In this document: piece by piece, positions 51,081 through 60,906 of the stretch | Layout: each line of letters opens with the position of its first letter | Position numbering within the stretch: position 1 is the stretch's first letter | Assembly: GCA_963727455.1 (NCBI GenBank) | Contig: CAVSGG010000017.1 | Span: 64,001 to 128,000, forward strand | Direction: 5' to 3' | Length of the DNA stretch: 64,000 nt | Source: Candidatus Krumholzibacteriota bacterium | Lineage (GTDB): Bacteria > Krumholzibacteriota > Krumholzibacteriia > JAJRXK01 | Notes under the pieces: model-generated | What the model was told of the DNA's origin: nothing | The model's database searches: none | The model's input: only the letters and a program-made list of their open reading frames with translations | Position numbers and translations under genes: made by a program

Positions 51081-52238
51081 ATGCGTAATCACGGAAGCAA
51101 AATTCTCATCGGGTTCTTGGGGCTGGGCGTGCTGCTTCTATCCTTCGGGCTGCGCGACCCGCTCTTGCCCTGGATGGCCCCTTCGGGTGCGGAGCAAGCC
51201 AATGCCTCCGCCACACCCGATGCAGGCGCAGTTCTCTCGAAGTCACAGCGTCTGAACGATCGTCTATTCCTCCTCGAGAGAGAGAACCGAGAGCTCGCAA
51301 GCCGCGTCAAGCAGCTCGATTCGCTGCAGACCACCCTTCGTCAAAGGCTGGAATCGGTGGAGGCCAGACCCCACTTGCGACCTCTGCAGGACTATGCGCT
51401 TCCCGATTCGATCGGTTTCTGCGGAGAGGAGGTTTCCCTGGCCGATTCCCCGGCCCGTGGACGCTTCGAATCCGAATTCTACCGCTTACTGGTGAACCGG
51501 CACTGGCTGGTTCGATGGATGCGCCGCAGCCGCGAGGTGTTTCCTCTCATCGAAACTCGCATTGCTCACGCGGGAATGCCCGACGACTTGAAATACGTTG
51601 CCGTCATTGAGAGCTCGCTCGACCCGCGGGCGGAAAGTAGCGCCGGAGCGGTCGGGTACTGGCAATTCACGGGGTCGACGGGGCGCCGCTTCGGTTTGGT
51701 TCACAACCGGAGCTTGGATCAACGCAGGGATCTCGCCGAAGCCACCGACGCCGCGCTGCGTTATCTCTCCGAACTTCACGACGAGTTCGGGTCCTGGGCA
51801 CTATCTCTGGCTGCCTACAACGCGGGCGAGAATCGTATTCGTGGCGCTATCGGCGACCAGGGGCAGAACGACTATCACCGCCTCGTGCTTCCACGGGAGA
51901 CGGAGGCCTACTGGTACAAGGCCGCTGCGGTCAAACTTCTCTTCGAACACGCGGCCGACTACGACTTTGATTTCCCCAAGGAGGCCGGACAGGTGGTGGT
52001 CTGCGACACGCTGGTCGTCTCTCTGGACCACAGGACGGCGATTCTCGATCTTCTGGGTGACTCGGGAATGGACTACTGGGAGTTCAAGGATTTCAATCCG
52101 GCCTATCGGCGTCCGGAAATTCCCCGCGGCGAGCACCGGCTCGCGATTCCTCACCAGTATGCGGCGGCCATTTCGTCACGCTATCCGCGTGCGCGCTTGC
52201 AGCTCAGCGCGGTGCCTTCCACACGACCTCGGCAGTGA
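51081..52238 (+). CDS. Lytic transglycosylase (SLT/MltD-like) with N-terminal TM and coiled coil
   Basis: IESS, GYWQF, AAYNAGE, LPRET. Confidence 0.88.
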   Translation: MRNHGSKILIGFLGLGVLLLSFGLRDPLLPWMAPSGAEQANASATPDAGAVLSKSQRLNDRLFLLERENRELASRVKQLDSLQTTLRQRLESVEARPHLRPLQDYALPDSIGFCGEEVSLADSPARGRFESEFYRLLVNRHWLVRWMRRSREVFPLIETRIAHAGMPDDLKYVAVIESSLDPRAESSAGAVGYWQFTGSTGRRFGLVHNRSLDQRRDLAEATDAALRYLSELHDEFGSWALSLAAYNAGENRIRGAIGDQGQNDYHRLVLPRETEAYWYKAAAVKLLFEHAADYDFDFPKEAGQVVVCDTLVVSLDHRTAILDLLGDSGMDYWEFKDFNPAYRRPEIPRGEHRLAIPHQYAAAISSRYPRARLQLSAVPSTRPRQ

Positions 52239-54225
52239 ATGTGTCCTCCACCTGGATCGCGTCGACGACGTCCATTCCCTCGGCCACTCTTCCAATGAGG
52301 GTGTAGCGAGCGTTCAGGTGGGGCTGGGGCGAGTGCGTGATGAAAAGCTGACAGCTCCCCGTATCCTTGCCGTTGGTTGCGATTCCCACGCTTCCCCGCT
52401 CGAAGCGCAGGGAACTCCATTCACTTCGAAGAAGATAACCGGCGTCGCCCCATCCCGTGCCCAGAGGATCTCCGCCCTGGATCACGAAGTTGGGAACGAC
52501 TCGATGAAAATCGAGCCCGTCGAAGAAACCCGATTCGGCGAGCCGCGCGAAGCTTTCGCAGGATTGGGGCGCCACGTCGAAATAGAGATCGATGACGATC
52601 CGGCCGCGCGAGGTATGCAGGATGAGCTCGCGCGCGTTGCTTTCGCTGACAAGAGCGGGTTGCTTGGGTGAACGCTGAATCGGGCGAACGTCCATGACGA
52701 TGTCCTCTACCCGCGGCAGTCCCGCTGCCTCCTTCTCGGGTAGGATCTCCGCCAGGGCATTGCGCGCCGCAACGCGCAGCCGCCGATCGTTGCTTTCGCT
52801 CAGAACCTGCTTGAGGATGGTGGTGGCCTCCGCGGCTTTCAGCTCGCCCAGAGAGCTGAGGGCGGCCTCGCACACCTCCACCTGGTGCCGTTGGTCCCAC
52901 GATTGATAGCAGGCCAGCAGCGGATCGATGACGCTTTCATCTCCCAGCTTTCCCAGATCGGTCGCGGCGGTGGTGGCCACCGTCCAGTCGTCGTCCCTCA
53001 ATGCCGTTTTTAAGATCGAAATGGCGTCCTCGCCTCCGAGCGAGGCAATTCCCTCCAGCGCATGCGGACGAATCTCCATATCGGTGTGCTGGTCGAAGGC
53101 CGCGTTCAGGGTTGCTCGCGCATCGGGATCGGGGTGCTCGCCGAGCAACTCGTAGCACTCACCCCGAACCACGCCGGAGGAGTCCTGTAGTCCCTCGCGC
53201 AGCTGGGCCGAGGCTCCGTCCGGCAGATTGGCAGCCAACGCCGCGTAGGCGGCGAGTCGCACCACGCTGCAGGTATCTCGACAAGCGACATCAAGAGGAC
53301 CGGGATCGGAAATCGGCGCCAAGGCGTGAAGGGCGCCGAGAGCGGCAGCTCGCACGTGGAATACCTCGTCGGCGAGCATGCTCGAGAGCTGCGGTACGGC
53401 TTCCTTTGCGCCCAGCTGTCCCAGCGCGCGCGCTGCGTTCACGCGTACCGTCCACTCGCTTTCATGCAGCCGTGATACGAGAGCATCTTCGGCGGTGAGA
53501 GCGAGGGGAGGGCCGATCTGCCCCAGACCCTTCGCGGCGAAGGCGCGCACCATGGCGCTGGAATGCCCCAGCAACTCGATTTCGCGCTGCACCGCGCGCT
53601 CGTCCTGGAACTTCCCCAACGCGTAGGCGGCGCGCCAGGCGACCGATTCCACCGGGTCATGGCTGGCGCGCACGATCGCGTCCACCGAGCTGGAATCGGC
53701 CAAGAGGGCCAGGCTCTCCAGGGCCTGTTCCCGAACCAAGGGATGGGGGTGCAAGAGTCCCCGCATCACCTCCGTGGCAGTACCCGGTTGATTGACCCGG
53801 CCCAGGGCGAGAAGGACTTCCCCGAGGACCTCTGGGGATCCCCGGCGTCCCGACCCGGCCATGAGCGAGAGTTCCTTTTCGGCTCCGGCGAGTAGAGCCA
53901 CCGCCGAGGCGGAAGTGGGGATGAGACCCAGCGCGAAAGCGGCCTGCTCGCGTACCTCGGGTCTGCGATCGTCGCGCAGGGTCTCCGCCAGCTGGGGAAC
54001 CGCCTCGGGGCGGCCGATACGTCCCAGTGCCAGGCATGCCGCAGCGCGCACCAGGTAGGAGGATTCGTGGAGGTAGGAGTACAGGCTGTCTCCCGGAATG
54101 ACGCGGGCGTCCTCCCAAGCCTGAATCTTCATCATGCTGGCCGGGATGTCGGTTCGTGCGCAGGCGGAGAGTTGAGAGAGTAGCGCGGAGAAAACCAGAG
54201 CACAAAGAAAACGAGGACACATCAT
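52204..54225 (-). CDS. HEAT-repeat protein fused to cyclophilin-type peptidyl-prolyl isomerase; probable lipoprotein
   Basis: VR..AA.ALG repeats; FHRVVPNFVIQGGD, HLNARYT; LSAC. Confidence 0.88.
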   Translation of the reverse strand: MMCPRFLCALVFSALLSQLSACARTDIPASMMKIQAWEDARVIPGDSLYSYLHESSYLVRAAACLALGRIGRPEAVPQLAETLRDDRRPEVREQAAFALGLIPTSASAVALLAGAEKELSLMAGSGRRGSPEVLGEVLLALGRVNQPGTATEVMRGLLHPHPLVREQALESLALLADSSSVDAIVRASHDPVESVAWRAAYALGKFQDERAVQREIELLGHSSAMVRAFAAKGLGQIGPPLALTAEDALVSRLHESEWTVRVNAARALGQLGAKEAVPQLSSMLADEVFHVRAAALGALHALAPISDPGPLDVACRDTCSVVRLAAYAALAANLPDGASAQLREGLQDSSGVVRGECYELLGEHPDPDARATLNAAFDQHTDMEIRPHALEGIASLGGEDAISILKTALRDDDWTVATTAATDLGKLGDESVIDPLLACYQSWDQRHQVEVCEAALSSLGELKAAEATTILKQVLSESNDRRLRVAARNALAEILPEKEAAGLPRVEDIVMDVRPIQRSPKQPALVSESNARELILHTSRGRIVIDLYFDVAPQSCESFARLAESGFFDGLDFHRVVPNFVIQGGDPLGTGWGDAGYLLRSEWSSLRFERGSVGIATNGKDTGSCQLFITHSPQPHLNARYTLIGRVAEGMDVVDAIQVEDTFTAEVVWKAPR

Positions 54226-54341
54226 GCCGAAGCTCCAAAGGGGGTGCGCCGTGCAAGGTGACGCACGGAGAGTAGACGGGCCGGGGAATTAGGGCAAGAG
54301 CAGCTTGGAGCGCGATCTTTGCGGTGCTAGCCTCTTGAATC

Positions 54342-55190
54342 ATGGAATCCGCTTCGATCCAATCTTCGGCGAGTGAGCGCCCTTTTGCTCCGGCGGTGGT
54401 ACGCCTCGATCTGTCCTACGACGGAAGTGGATTCCACGGATGGCAGGTGCAGCCCGGTTTGCGAACCGTCCAGGGCGAGCTGATGCGGTGTCTGAAGAAG
54501 CTGCTCCCGCTCGAGGGGATTCCTCCTGGAGCGGGTCGTACCGACGCCGGAGTGCACGCCCGCGGCCAGGTGGCGAGTTTTCCACTGCCAGATCCCTCCA
54601 ATTTCGAGCGAATCCAACGCGCCTTGCCGCGTATGGTACCCGAGGACATGGCAGTGCGGCGCGTTCTCATGGTCGATTCGGATTTCCACGCTCGGCACAG
54701 CGCCTGCGGCCGGGTCTATCGCTATCGCATGATGCTCGAGCAGGATCCTCTTCTGCGCAGAACGCATTACTTCATCCCTAACCAGCTCGAGATCGAGAAG
54801 ATGAAGAGCGCCGCCGGGGACTTGCTCGGGGACCACGATTACACGAGCTTTTGCAAGGCTTCCTCGGTGGTCGAGGGCAAGACACACTGCGAAGTACGTA
54901 GGGCGGAAGTGGTCTCTGAAGGGCCGGCCATCGTTTTCACCATCGAGGCCGATCGTTTTTTGCACTCCATGGTGCGCACCATCGTCGGCACTCTGGTGGA
55001 AATCGGGCGCGGGATACGTCCGGTGGACGCGATTCCCGAGATCCTGCATGCTCGTCGCCGCGAGCGGGCGGGACATCTGGCGCCCGCCCATGGCCTGTGT
55101 CTGGAAGCAGTGAGGTACGGTCAGGAGAGGCAGCTTGGCGTTGCGGCATTGGGGAAGGATTCGCATGCAGATCTACCTGGAATCAGCTGA
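54342..55190 (+). CDS. truA: tRNA pseudouridine(38-40) synthase
   Basis: YDGSGFHGWQ, GRTDAGVHA, FLHSMVR. Confidence 0.95.
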   Translation: MESASIQSSASERPFAPAVVRLDLSYDGSGFHGWQVQPGLRTVQGELMRCLKKLLPLEGIPPGAGRTDAGVHARGQVASFPLPDPSNFERIQRALPRMVPEDMAVRRVLMVDSDFHARHSACGRVYRYRMMLEQDPLLRRTHYFIPNQLEIEKMKSAAGDLLGDHDYTSFCKASSVVEGKTHCEVRRAEVVSEGPAIVFTIEADRFLHSMVRTIVGTLVEIGRGIRPVDAIPEILHARRRERAGHLAPAHGLCLEAVRYGQERQLGVAALGKDSHADLPGIS

Positions 55191-55809
55191 TCCACGCGAG
55201 CTGGGCGAGGCTCTGAGTTATCGCGTGGTGGACGGTGTTACCACCAATCCCGCGCTCCTGGCGCGGATGGGGGGTGATCCCCATCTGCGGCTCAAGGAAC
55301 TCTGCGAGATGGTGAAAGGCCCCGTGCTGGCCTCCACCACCTCGCTGGAGAGCGAGGCGATGATCGACGAGGCTCTGGCCCTTGCGGAGGTCCATGAACG
55401 TATGGTGGTGAAACTCCCCTGTCTCCCCGCGGCCTTGCCGGCCATGGCGGAACTGGCGGAGCGTCGCGTCCCGGTGGAAGCCACTCTCTGCTTCAGCTTG
55501 AGCCAGGCTCTACTTGCCGCGAAGACCGGCGTGCATTTCGTGTCGCCCATGGTGGGGCGGCTCGATGAGGCGGGACAGGACGGCCTTACCCTCGTGGGAA
55601 ATATTCTGACCGTCTACGATCAGTACCAGTTCAAAACTCGTGTCATCGCGGGGGGGTGTCGGACCGCGACTCACGTGGCGGAGGCAGCTCGCATGGGCGC
55701 TGATGCGGCGACCCTGCCCTTGAGTCTCTTGCGGACTCTGGCCGCCCATCCACTGAGTACCCGCGTGCAGAGGGAGTTCACCGAGAGCTGGCGAAGGGGT
55801 CAAAACTAG
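55165..55809 (+). CDS. Transaldolase / fructose-6-phosphate aldolase family protein with divergent active site
   Basis: GVTTNP, VVKLP Schiff-base Lys, VSPMVGRLD. Confidence 0.85.
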   Translation: MQIYLESADPRELGEALSYRVVDGVTTNPALLARMGGDPHLRLKELCEMVKGPVLASTTSLESEAMIDEALALAEVHERMVVKLPCLPAALPAMAELAERRVPVEATLCFSLSQALLAAKTGVHFVSPMVGRLDEAGQDGLTLVGNILTVYDQYQFKTRVIAGGCRTATHVAEAARMGADAATLPLSLLRTLAAHPLSTRVQREFTESWRRGQN

Positions 55810-55887
55810 CGCCCGCCAGCGCTTTACGGAACCTGTCCGAAGGGGTGCCGTAGAATCAAGCATTGGCGCGAGTCTTCCGGGAGTGTC

Positions 55888-57165
55888 ATGAGCCAGAAGC
55901 GAATCGTTCCCTACCTCATCGGCGGATTGGCAGGGGCCAGTCTCGGGCTGGCCGTACTCATCGCGGCGCTGGTCGGCGGGGGTCTACCCTTCGTGCATCA
56001 CGATGCGCAGAAGCCCACGCCCCAACAGACCACTCCGACCTCACTGGGAGTGACCGCTCCGCAGCAGTTCCAGGGGGAACAGAGCGCCAGCTTGGATAGC
56101 GTCCGCAGCATCGACGAGGGGCGACGCGACGCCATCGTGGAAGCCACGCGCCGAGCAAGTCCGGCCGTGGTCAGCATTACGGTCATCTACCATCAGTTCG
56201 TGCGCGTCGCGGCCGATCCTCTGGAGTCCTTCTTCTCGCAGGGCTACGGACGCACCACGGTCAAGAAGCAACCCTACGAAATCCTCGGCAGTGGCGTGAT
56301 CATCGACAAACGCGGTTACATCATCACCAACAACCATGTTCTGGGAGAGTCCAAGGACTCGCACATCTTCATCACTCTGTCTGACGGCAGACAATTTCAA
56401 GCAGAGCTGGTGGGACGCTCGACCCACTACGACGTGGCTCTGTTGCGTTTCTCGGAGACCGTGCCCAATATGCCGGTAGCCACCCTCGGCGACAGCGACG
56501 ATCTGGTGCCGGGCGAATGGGCCATCGCCATCGGCTCACCCTACCGTTACCTGCTCGACGATCCCGCGCTGACAGTAACCGTCGGCGTGATCAGCGCGTT
56601 GCATCGTGATTTAAAACAGGCACAGGACGAGGGTCCAGCCTATCTGGACATGATCCAGACCGATGCCGCGATCAACCAGGGCAACAGCGGCGGCGCGCTC
56701 GTCAACGCCAAGGGAGAGGTCATCGGAATCAACACCTTCATCATCTCGGGTTCGGACGGCGGGAATTTCGGCGCTGGCTTTGCGCTACCCATCAAACGCG
56801 TCAAGTGGGTAATGGACGAGATCGTCCAGTACGGTGGTTTGAGGCCTCGAGTCACCGGTTTTCGGGGCGTCGTGCTCGACAAGCGCTGGCGCTACTTGCT
56901 CAAACTCGACGACGATATGACGGGCATCTACGTGGGCCGAGTGTATCCGGATTCTCCTGCATCCGAAGCGGGGCTGCAGGTCGGTGACATCATTCGTGCC
57001 ATCGACGGCCAGCTCATCTTGCGCAAGCAGGATTTCACCCGCCTCATCTACGAGGCACAGGTCGGGACGAAGCTCCATCTCAATGTGCAACGCGGAGACG
57101 AAATGCGGAACACCGTGCTCACCATTTCTTCGCGTATTCCCGCCCCTTCGACCAACGGCGAGTGA
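55888..57165 (+). CDS. HtrA/DegS-like serine protease with one PDZ domain
   Basis: TNNHV, YDVAL, GNSGG; N-terminal TM; C-terminal PDZ. Confidence 0.92.
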   Translation: MSQKRIVPYLIGGLAGASLGLAVLIAALVGGGLPFVHHDAQKPTPQQTTPTSLGVTAPQQFQGEQSASLDSVRSIDEGRRDAIVEATRRASPAVVSITVIYHQFVRVAADPLESFFSQGYGRTTVKKQPYEILGSGVIIDKRGYIITNNHVLGESKDSHIFITLSDGRQFQAELVGRSTHYDVALLRFSETVPNMPVATLGDSDDLVPGEWAIAIGSPYRYLLDDPALTVTVGVISALHRDLKQAQDEGPAYLDMIQTDAAINQGNSGGALVNAKGEVIGINTFIISGSDGGNFGAGFALPIKRVKWVMDEIVQYGGLRPRVTGFRGVVLDKRWRYLLKLDDDMTGIYVGRVYPDSPASEAGLQVGDIIRAIDGQLILRKQDFTRLIYEAQVGTKLHLNVQRGDEMRNTVLTISSRIPAPSTNGE

Positions 57166-57222
57166 GAATCTGACGCTCGGCTCTGGCGGCACGGCCAACC
57201 CTGTGATAGCCTGCCGCGCGTC

Positions 57223-58527
57223 ATGATCGAGCGCTATCAGACTCCCCAGATGAATGCCATTTGGTCCGACCAGCGCCGGCTGGAAATCTGGTGCGAGGTG
57301 GAGGTCGCCGTCTGCGAGGCGCAGGCCGAGCTGGGTGTGATTCCCAGGGAGGCGGCGGCCACGATCGCGAGCAAGGCGGCCTTCGAGCTCGAGCGCGTCC
57401 GCGAGATAGAAGACACCGTACACCACGATGTAATCGCGTTCTTGACCAACATGGCCGAGCACATTGGTCCCGATTCCCGCTTCGTCCATTTGGGCATGAC
57501 CAGCAGCGACCTCTTGGACACCACTCTGGCCGTCCAATGCAAAGAGGCCGGCGAGCTGCTCCTCTCAGAACTCGATCGCCTGCGTCAGATCCTCATCACG
57601 CGCGCGGAGGAACACCGCCGTACCGTCATGATGGGGCGCAGTCACGGCATCCACGCCGAGCCCACCACTTTCGGACTCAAGCTGCTGGTATGGGTGGACG
57701 AGCTGCGCCGGGCGCGCCACCGTCTGGTGGCAGCCATCGAGACGGTTTCGGTGGGGCAGATCTCCGGGCCGGTAGGCACCTTCGCGCACATTCGGCCCGA
57801 AGTGGAAGAGGCGGTCTGTGCGCGCCTTGCCCTCGCGGTGGCTCCGGTGTCCACCCAGATCGTGCAGCGAGACCGCCATGGGGAGTTCATGGCCGCTCTG
57901 GCACTGCTCGCTGCTTCGCTCGAGAAATTCGCTTTGGAGATCCGTCACCTTCAGCGCACCGAGGTGCATGAGGTCGAAGAGCCCTTCGGGTCCGGCCAGA
58001 AGGGTTCCTCGGCCATGCCGCACAAAAAGAACCCCATCCTCTGCGAGAGAATCGTGGGAATGGCGCGTCTGGTTCGGGGCAACTTGGTGGCTGCCCTGGA
58101 GGACGTGGCGCTGTGGCACGAGCGCGACATCTCCCACTCGTCGGTAGAGCGCGTGATTCTCCCCGACTCGACCACCCTCGTGCACTACATGCTGCTGAAG
58201 ATGAGCCATGTGGTGGAGGGCCTGAGGGTCTTTCCCGAACGTATGCGCGAGAATCTGGAGCAGGTTCCGGGGGATCTACCACAGTGGCGCCCTGCTCCTG
58301 GAGCTCGCGCGCGCGGGGATCAGCCGCGAGGGGGCTTATTCCCTGGTGCAGGAATGTGCTCTCAAGGCCTGGGAGGGCGAAGGGGAGTTTCGAGGCATTG
58401 GTGCGCGCGGATGAGCGCATCGTCGGGGCATCTGGGAGACGAAATCCCTCGATGCCGTCTTCGACTTGGAGCGCCATCTCGGCGCAGGTGGATCGTCTCT
58501 TTTCCCGAGTGCTCGCGCAGAGAGTAG
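57223..58527 (+). CDS. purB: Adenylosuccinate lyase; 3' end disrupted by several apparent indels
   Basis: HHDVIAF, TSSD, GRSHG, GSSAMPHKKNP; PurB-like C-terminus split across frames after about 58265. Confidence 0.93.
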   Translation: MIERYQTPQMNAIWSDQRRLEIWCEVEVAVCEAQAELGVIPREAAATIASKAAFELERVREIEDTVHHDVIAFLTNMAEHIGPDSRFVHLGMTSSDLLDTTLAVQCKEAGELLLSELDRLRQILITRAEEHRRTVMMGRSHGIHAEPTTFGLKLLVWVDELRRARHRLVAAIETVSVGQISGPVGTFAHIRPEVEEAVCARLALAVAPVSTQIVQRDRHGEFMAALALLAASLEKFALEIRHLQRTEVHEVEEPFGSGQKGSSAMPHKKNPILCERIVGMARLVRGNLVAALEDVALWHERDISHSSVERVILPDSTTLVHYMLLKMSHVVEGLRVFPERMRENLEQVPGDLPQWRPAPGARARGDQPRGGLFPGAGMCSQGLGGRRGVSRHWCARMSASSGHLGDEIPRCRLRLGAPSRRRWIVSFPECSRRE

Positions 58528-58530
58528 AAC

Positions 58531-60906
58531 GTGGCCGTCCCCGTGAGTTCCCTGGACGACCGGCTTCTTCGTGAGGCTCTGTCGGAACTCGGACTTTCTC
58601 TCAGCCTGCAAGAGGCGCGGCGGGTGGCCGAGCTACTCGGGCATGATCCCACCGAAACCGAACTCACCCTCTTCGACACCATGTGGAGCGAGCACTGCTC
58701 CTACAAGAGCAGCAAGCCGGTGCTCGAGCGCCTACTACCGACAAAAGCCTCCAACGTGATTTTGGGTCCTTCGGAGGATGCGGGGATCATCCACTTCGCC
58801 GAGGTGGACGGGGTTCGCTACGCTCTGGCCGTCGCGCACGAGAGCCACAATCACCCATCCCAGGTCATGCCGGTGGATGGCGCGGCGACCGGAATCGGCG
58901 GTGTGGTACGCGACGTGTACTGCATGGGCGCCGAAGTGATCGCCACCCTCGATCCACTGCGCTTCGGCGATCCGGGCGGAGAGAACGGAGAGAAGTGCCT
59001 GGAGATCGCGCGCGAGGTGGTGGAGGGCATCGCGCTCTACGGCAACGCGCTGGGTGTCCCCAATCTGGGCGGGGATGTGGGTTTCGACGCCTGCTACGAC
59101 GACAACTGTCTGGTGAACGTGGTGGCGATCGGATTGGTGGAAGAGGAACACATCACTCGCAGCCGCGTTCCCCAGGCCGCGCGATTGGAGCCCTACGACT
59201 TCCTTTTGGTGGGCAAGCCCACCGACTGGAGCGGCATGGGGGGGGCCTCCTTCGCCTCGGCCGATCTCGACACCGCACAGCTCCGGGAGAATCTGGGCAG
59301 CGTGCAGGTTCCCGATCCCTTCCTCAAGCGCATGCTGGTCCTGGCCAACCGGGCCATGTTGGATCTGGTTCGTGCCGAGGGCGCGCAGATCGGTTTCAAG
59401 GACCTCGGCGCGGGCGGGATCGCCTGCGTCTCCTCCGAACTCGCGGACGCGGCCGGGATGGGCATCGAACTCGATCTGCAGCATGCGAGTATCGAGCCCG
59501 CCGATCTTCCGGATCCAGTGGCCGCCTGCAGCGAAACCCAAGAACGCTTCGGAATCGCCTGTCCCGCGCGGCTCACCGAACGCATCCTGCGCATTTATAA
59601 CGAGGACTTCGACCTGCCCGCGATGTACGAAGGGGCGGGCGCGCGCCGCGTGGGCCGAATCAAGATACCAGTAGAGGGCGAAGCGGCGCGCTACCTCCTG
59701 CGACGTGGCAGCGAGGTTTTGGTGGACGCTCCCATCTCCACCATCACCGAAGGAATTCGTTACGAACGCGAAGCGCGAGCTGGCGCGCGCGAACTGAGCG
59801 CGCACTCGCTGCCCGGAGCAGTTCGCGAGCTGGGGGCTGAGTTGCTGGAGCTGTTGGCCTCCTTCGCCCTGTGCAGCCGGCGCGCTCTCTTTCAGCACTT
59901 CGACAGCGAGGTCAAAGCATGCACCGTTCTGCGTCCCGGAGAAGCGGACGCGGGTGTCGTTACTCCCATCGCCGAAAGCCCGGTCGGCATGGCCACCAGC
60001 GTCGATGGGAATCCGCGCTACTGTCGAGTCGATCCTTGTCTGGGCGCTGCCTACGCCGTGGTGGAGGCGGCGCGCAACGTCGCCTGTGTGGGAGCGAGCC
60101 CGGCGGCGATCACCGACTGTCTCAACTTCGGGAGTCCCGAGTCGCCCGAGGTCTTCCACGGCTTCGTGGAGAGCGTGCGCGGCATCGGCGACGCCTGTCG
60201 CGGTCTTGGGCGTCTGGAGGCGGCGGAAGATCCTCTGCCGGTGATCAGCGGCAACGTCAGCTTCTACAACCAGAGCGCCAGCGGGAGAGCAGTGGCGCCT
60301 TCTCCCATCGTCTGCTGTGTGGGGATCGTTCCCGATGCGAGCGTGTGCCGGAGCCTCTCGTTGAAGGAGGCGGGCAATCTGGTGTATCGCATCGGCAGTT
60401 TCTGTAGGGAGCTGGGGGGCAGTATTTACGCCGAGGTTCTGGATCCCCTGTGGCGGGGAGCGTTGCCCGCGATCGACTACCCCACGGTGCGCCGGGAAAT
60501 CGAACTCGTCGTCGCGCTGGTTCGCGAGAACAAGTTGCTTGCGGTGCACGACATTTCCGAGGGGGGAACTCTGGTCGCCCTGGCCGAGATGGTTCTGGGA
60601 CCGGAGAGCCTGGGACGGCTGGGCCTGAGGGCGAACTTATCCGGGGCTTGCCAAGAAGTGGGCGAGATTGCCGCCGCCTTCGGCGAGGCCGGGGGCTTTC
60701 TGGTGGAGATCAGGCCCCAAGACGTCGGGTTGCTGGAGGGCCGTGCCCAAGCTCTCGGACTTGCGTGTGTCGGGATCGGCGAAGTCACTCAGGAACGGGA
60801 GTTCGTGGTGGAAGGTCTGTCGCGCCCACTTCGGCTCTCATTGGACGAGCTGCGACGCGCGCGCGAGGAGACGATGCCGCGCCTGCTCTCCCGGGAGGAG
60901 CTATGA
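58531..60906 (+). CDS. purL: Phosphoribosylformylglycinamidine synthase subunit PurL (small type)
   Basis: WSEHCSYKSS, ESHNHPS, DLGAGG, SETQER, DCLNFG, SGNVSFYN, HDISEGG. Confidence 0.95.
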   Translation: MAVPVSSLDDRLLREALSELGLSLSLQEARRVAELLGHDPTETELTLFDTMWSEHCSYKSSKPVLERLLPTKASNVILGPSEDAGIIHFAEVDGVRYALAVAHESHNHPSQVMPVDGAATGIGGVVRDVYCMGAEVIATLDPLRFGDPGGENGEKCLEIAREVVEGIALYGNALGVPNLGGDVGFDACYDDNCLVNVVAIGLVEEEHITRSRVPQAARLEPYDFLLVGKPTDWSGMGGASFASADLDTAQLRENLGSVQVPDPFLKRMLVLANRAMLDLVRAEGAQIGFKDLGAGGIACVSSELADAAGMGIELDLQHASIEPADLPDPVAACSETQERFGIACPARLTERILRIYNEDFDLPAMYEGAGARRVGRIKIPVEGEAARYLLRRGSEVLVDAPISTITEGIRYEREARAGARELSAHSLPGAVRELGAELLELLASFALCSRRALFQHFDSEVKACTVLRPGEADAGVVTPIAESPVGMATSVDGNPRYCRVDPCLGAAYAVVEAARNVACVGASPAAITDCLNFGSPESPEVFHGFVESVRGIGDACRGLGRLEAAEDPLPVISGNVSFYNQSASGRAVAPSPIVCCVGIVPDASVCRSLSLKEAGNLVYRIGSFCRELGGSIYAEVLDPLWRGALPAIDYPTVRREIELVVALVRENKLLAVHDISEGGTLVALAEMVLGPESLGRLGLRANLSGACQEVGEIAAAFGEAGGFLVEIRPQDVGLLEGRAQALGLACVGIGEVTQEREFVVEGLSRPLRLSLDELRRAREETMPRLLSREEL

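Noticed and set aside
58735-60549. 604-aa antisense ORF, and similar ones at 39474-40868, 21827-22999, 46453-47601, 11084-12142
   Set aside because: Shadow ORFs opposite well-supported genes in high-GC DNA; no recognisable motifs
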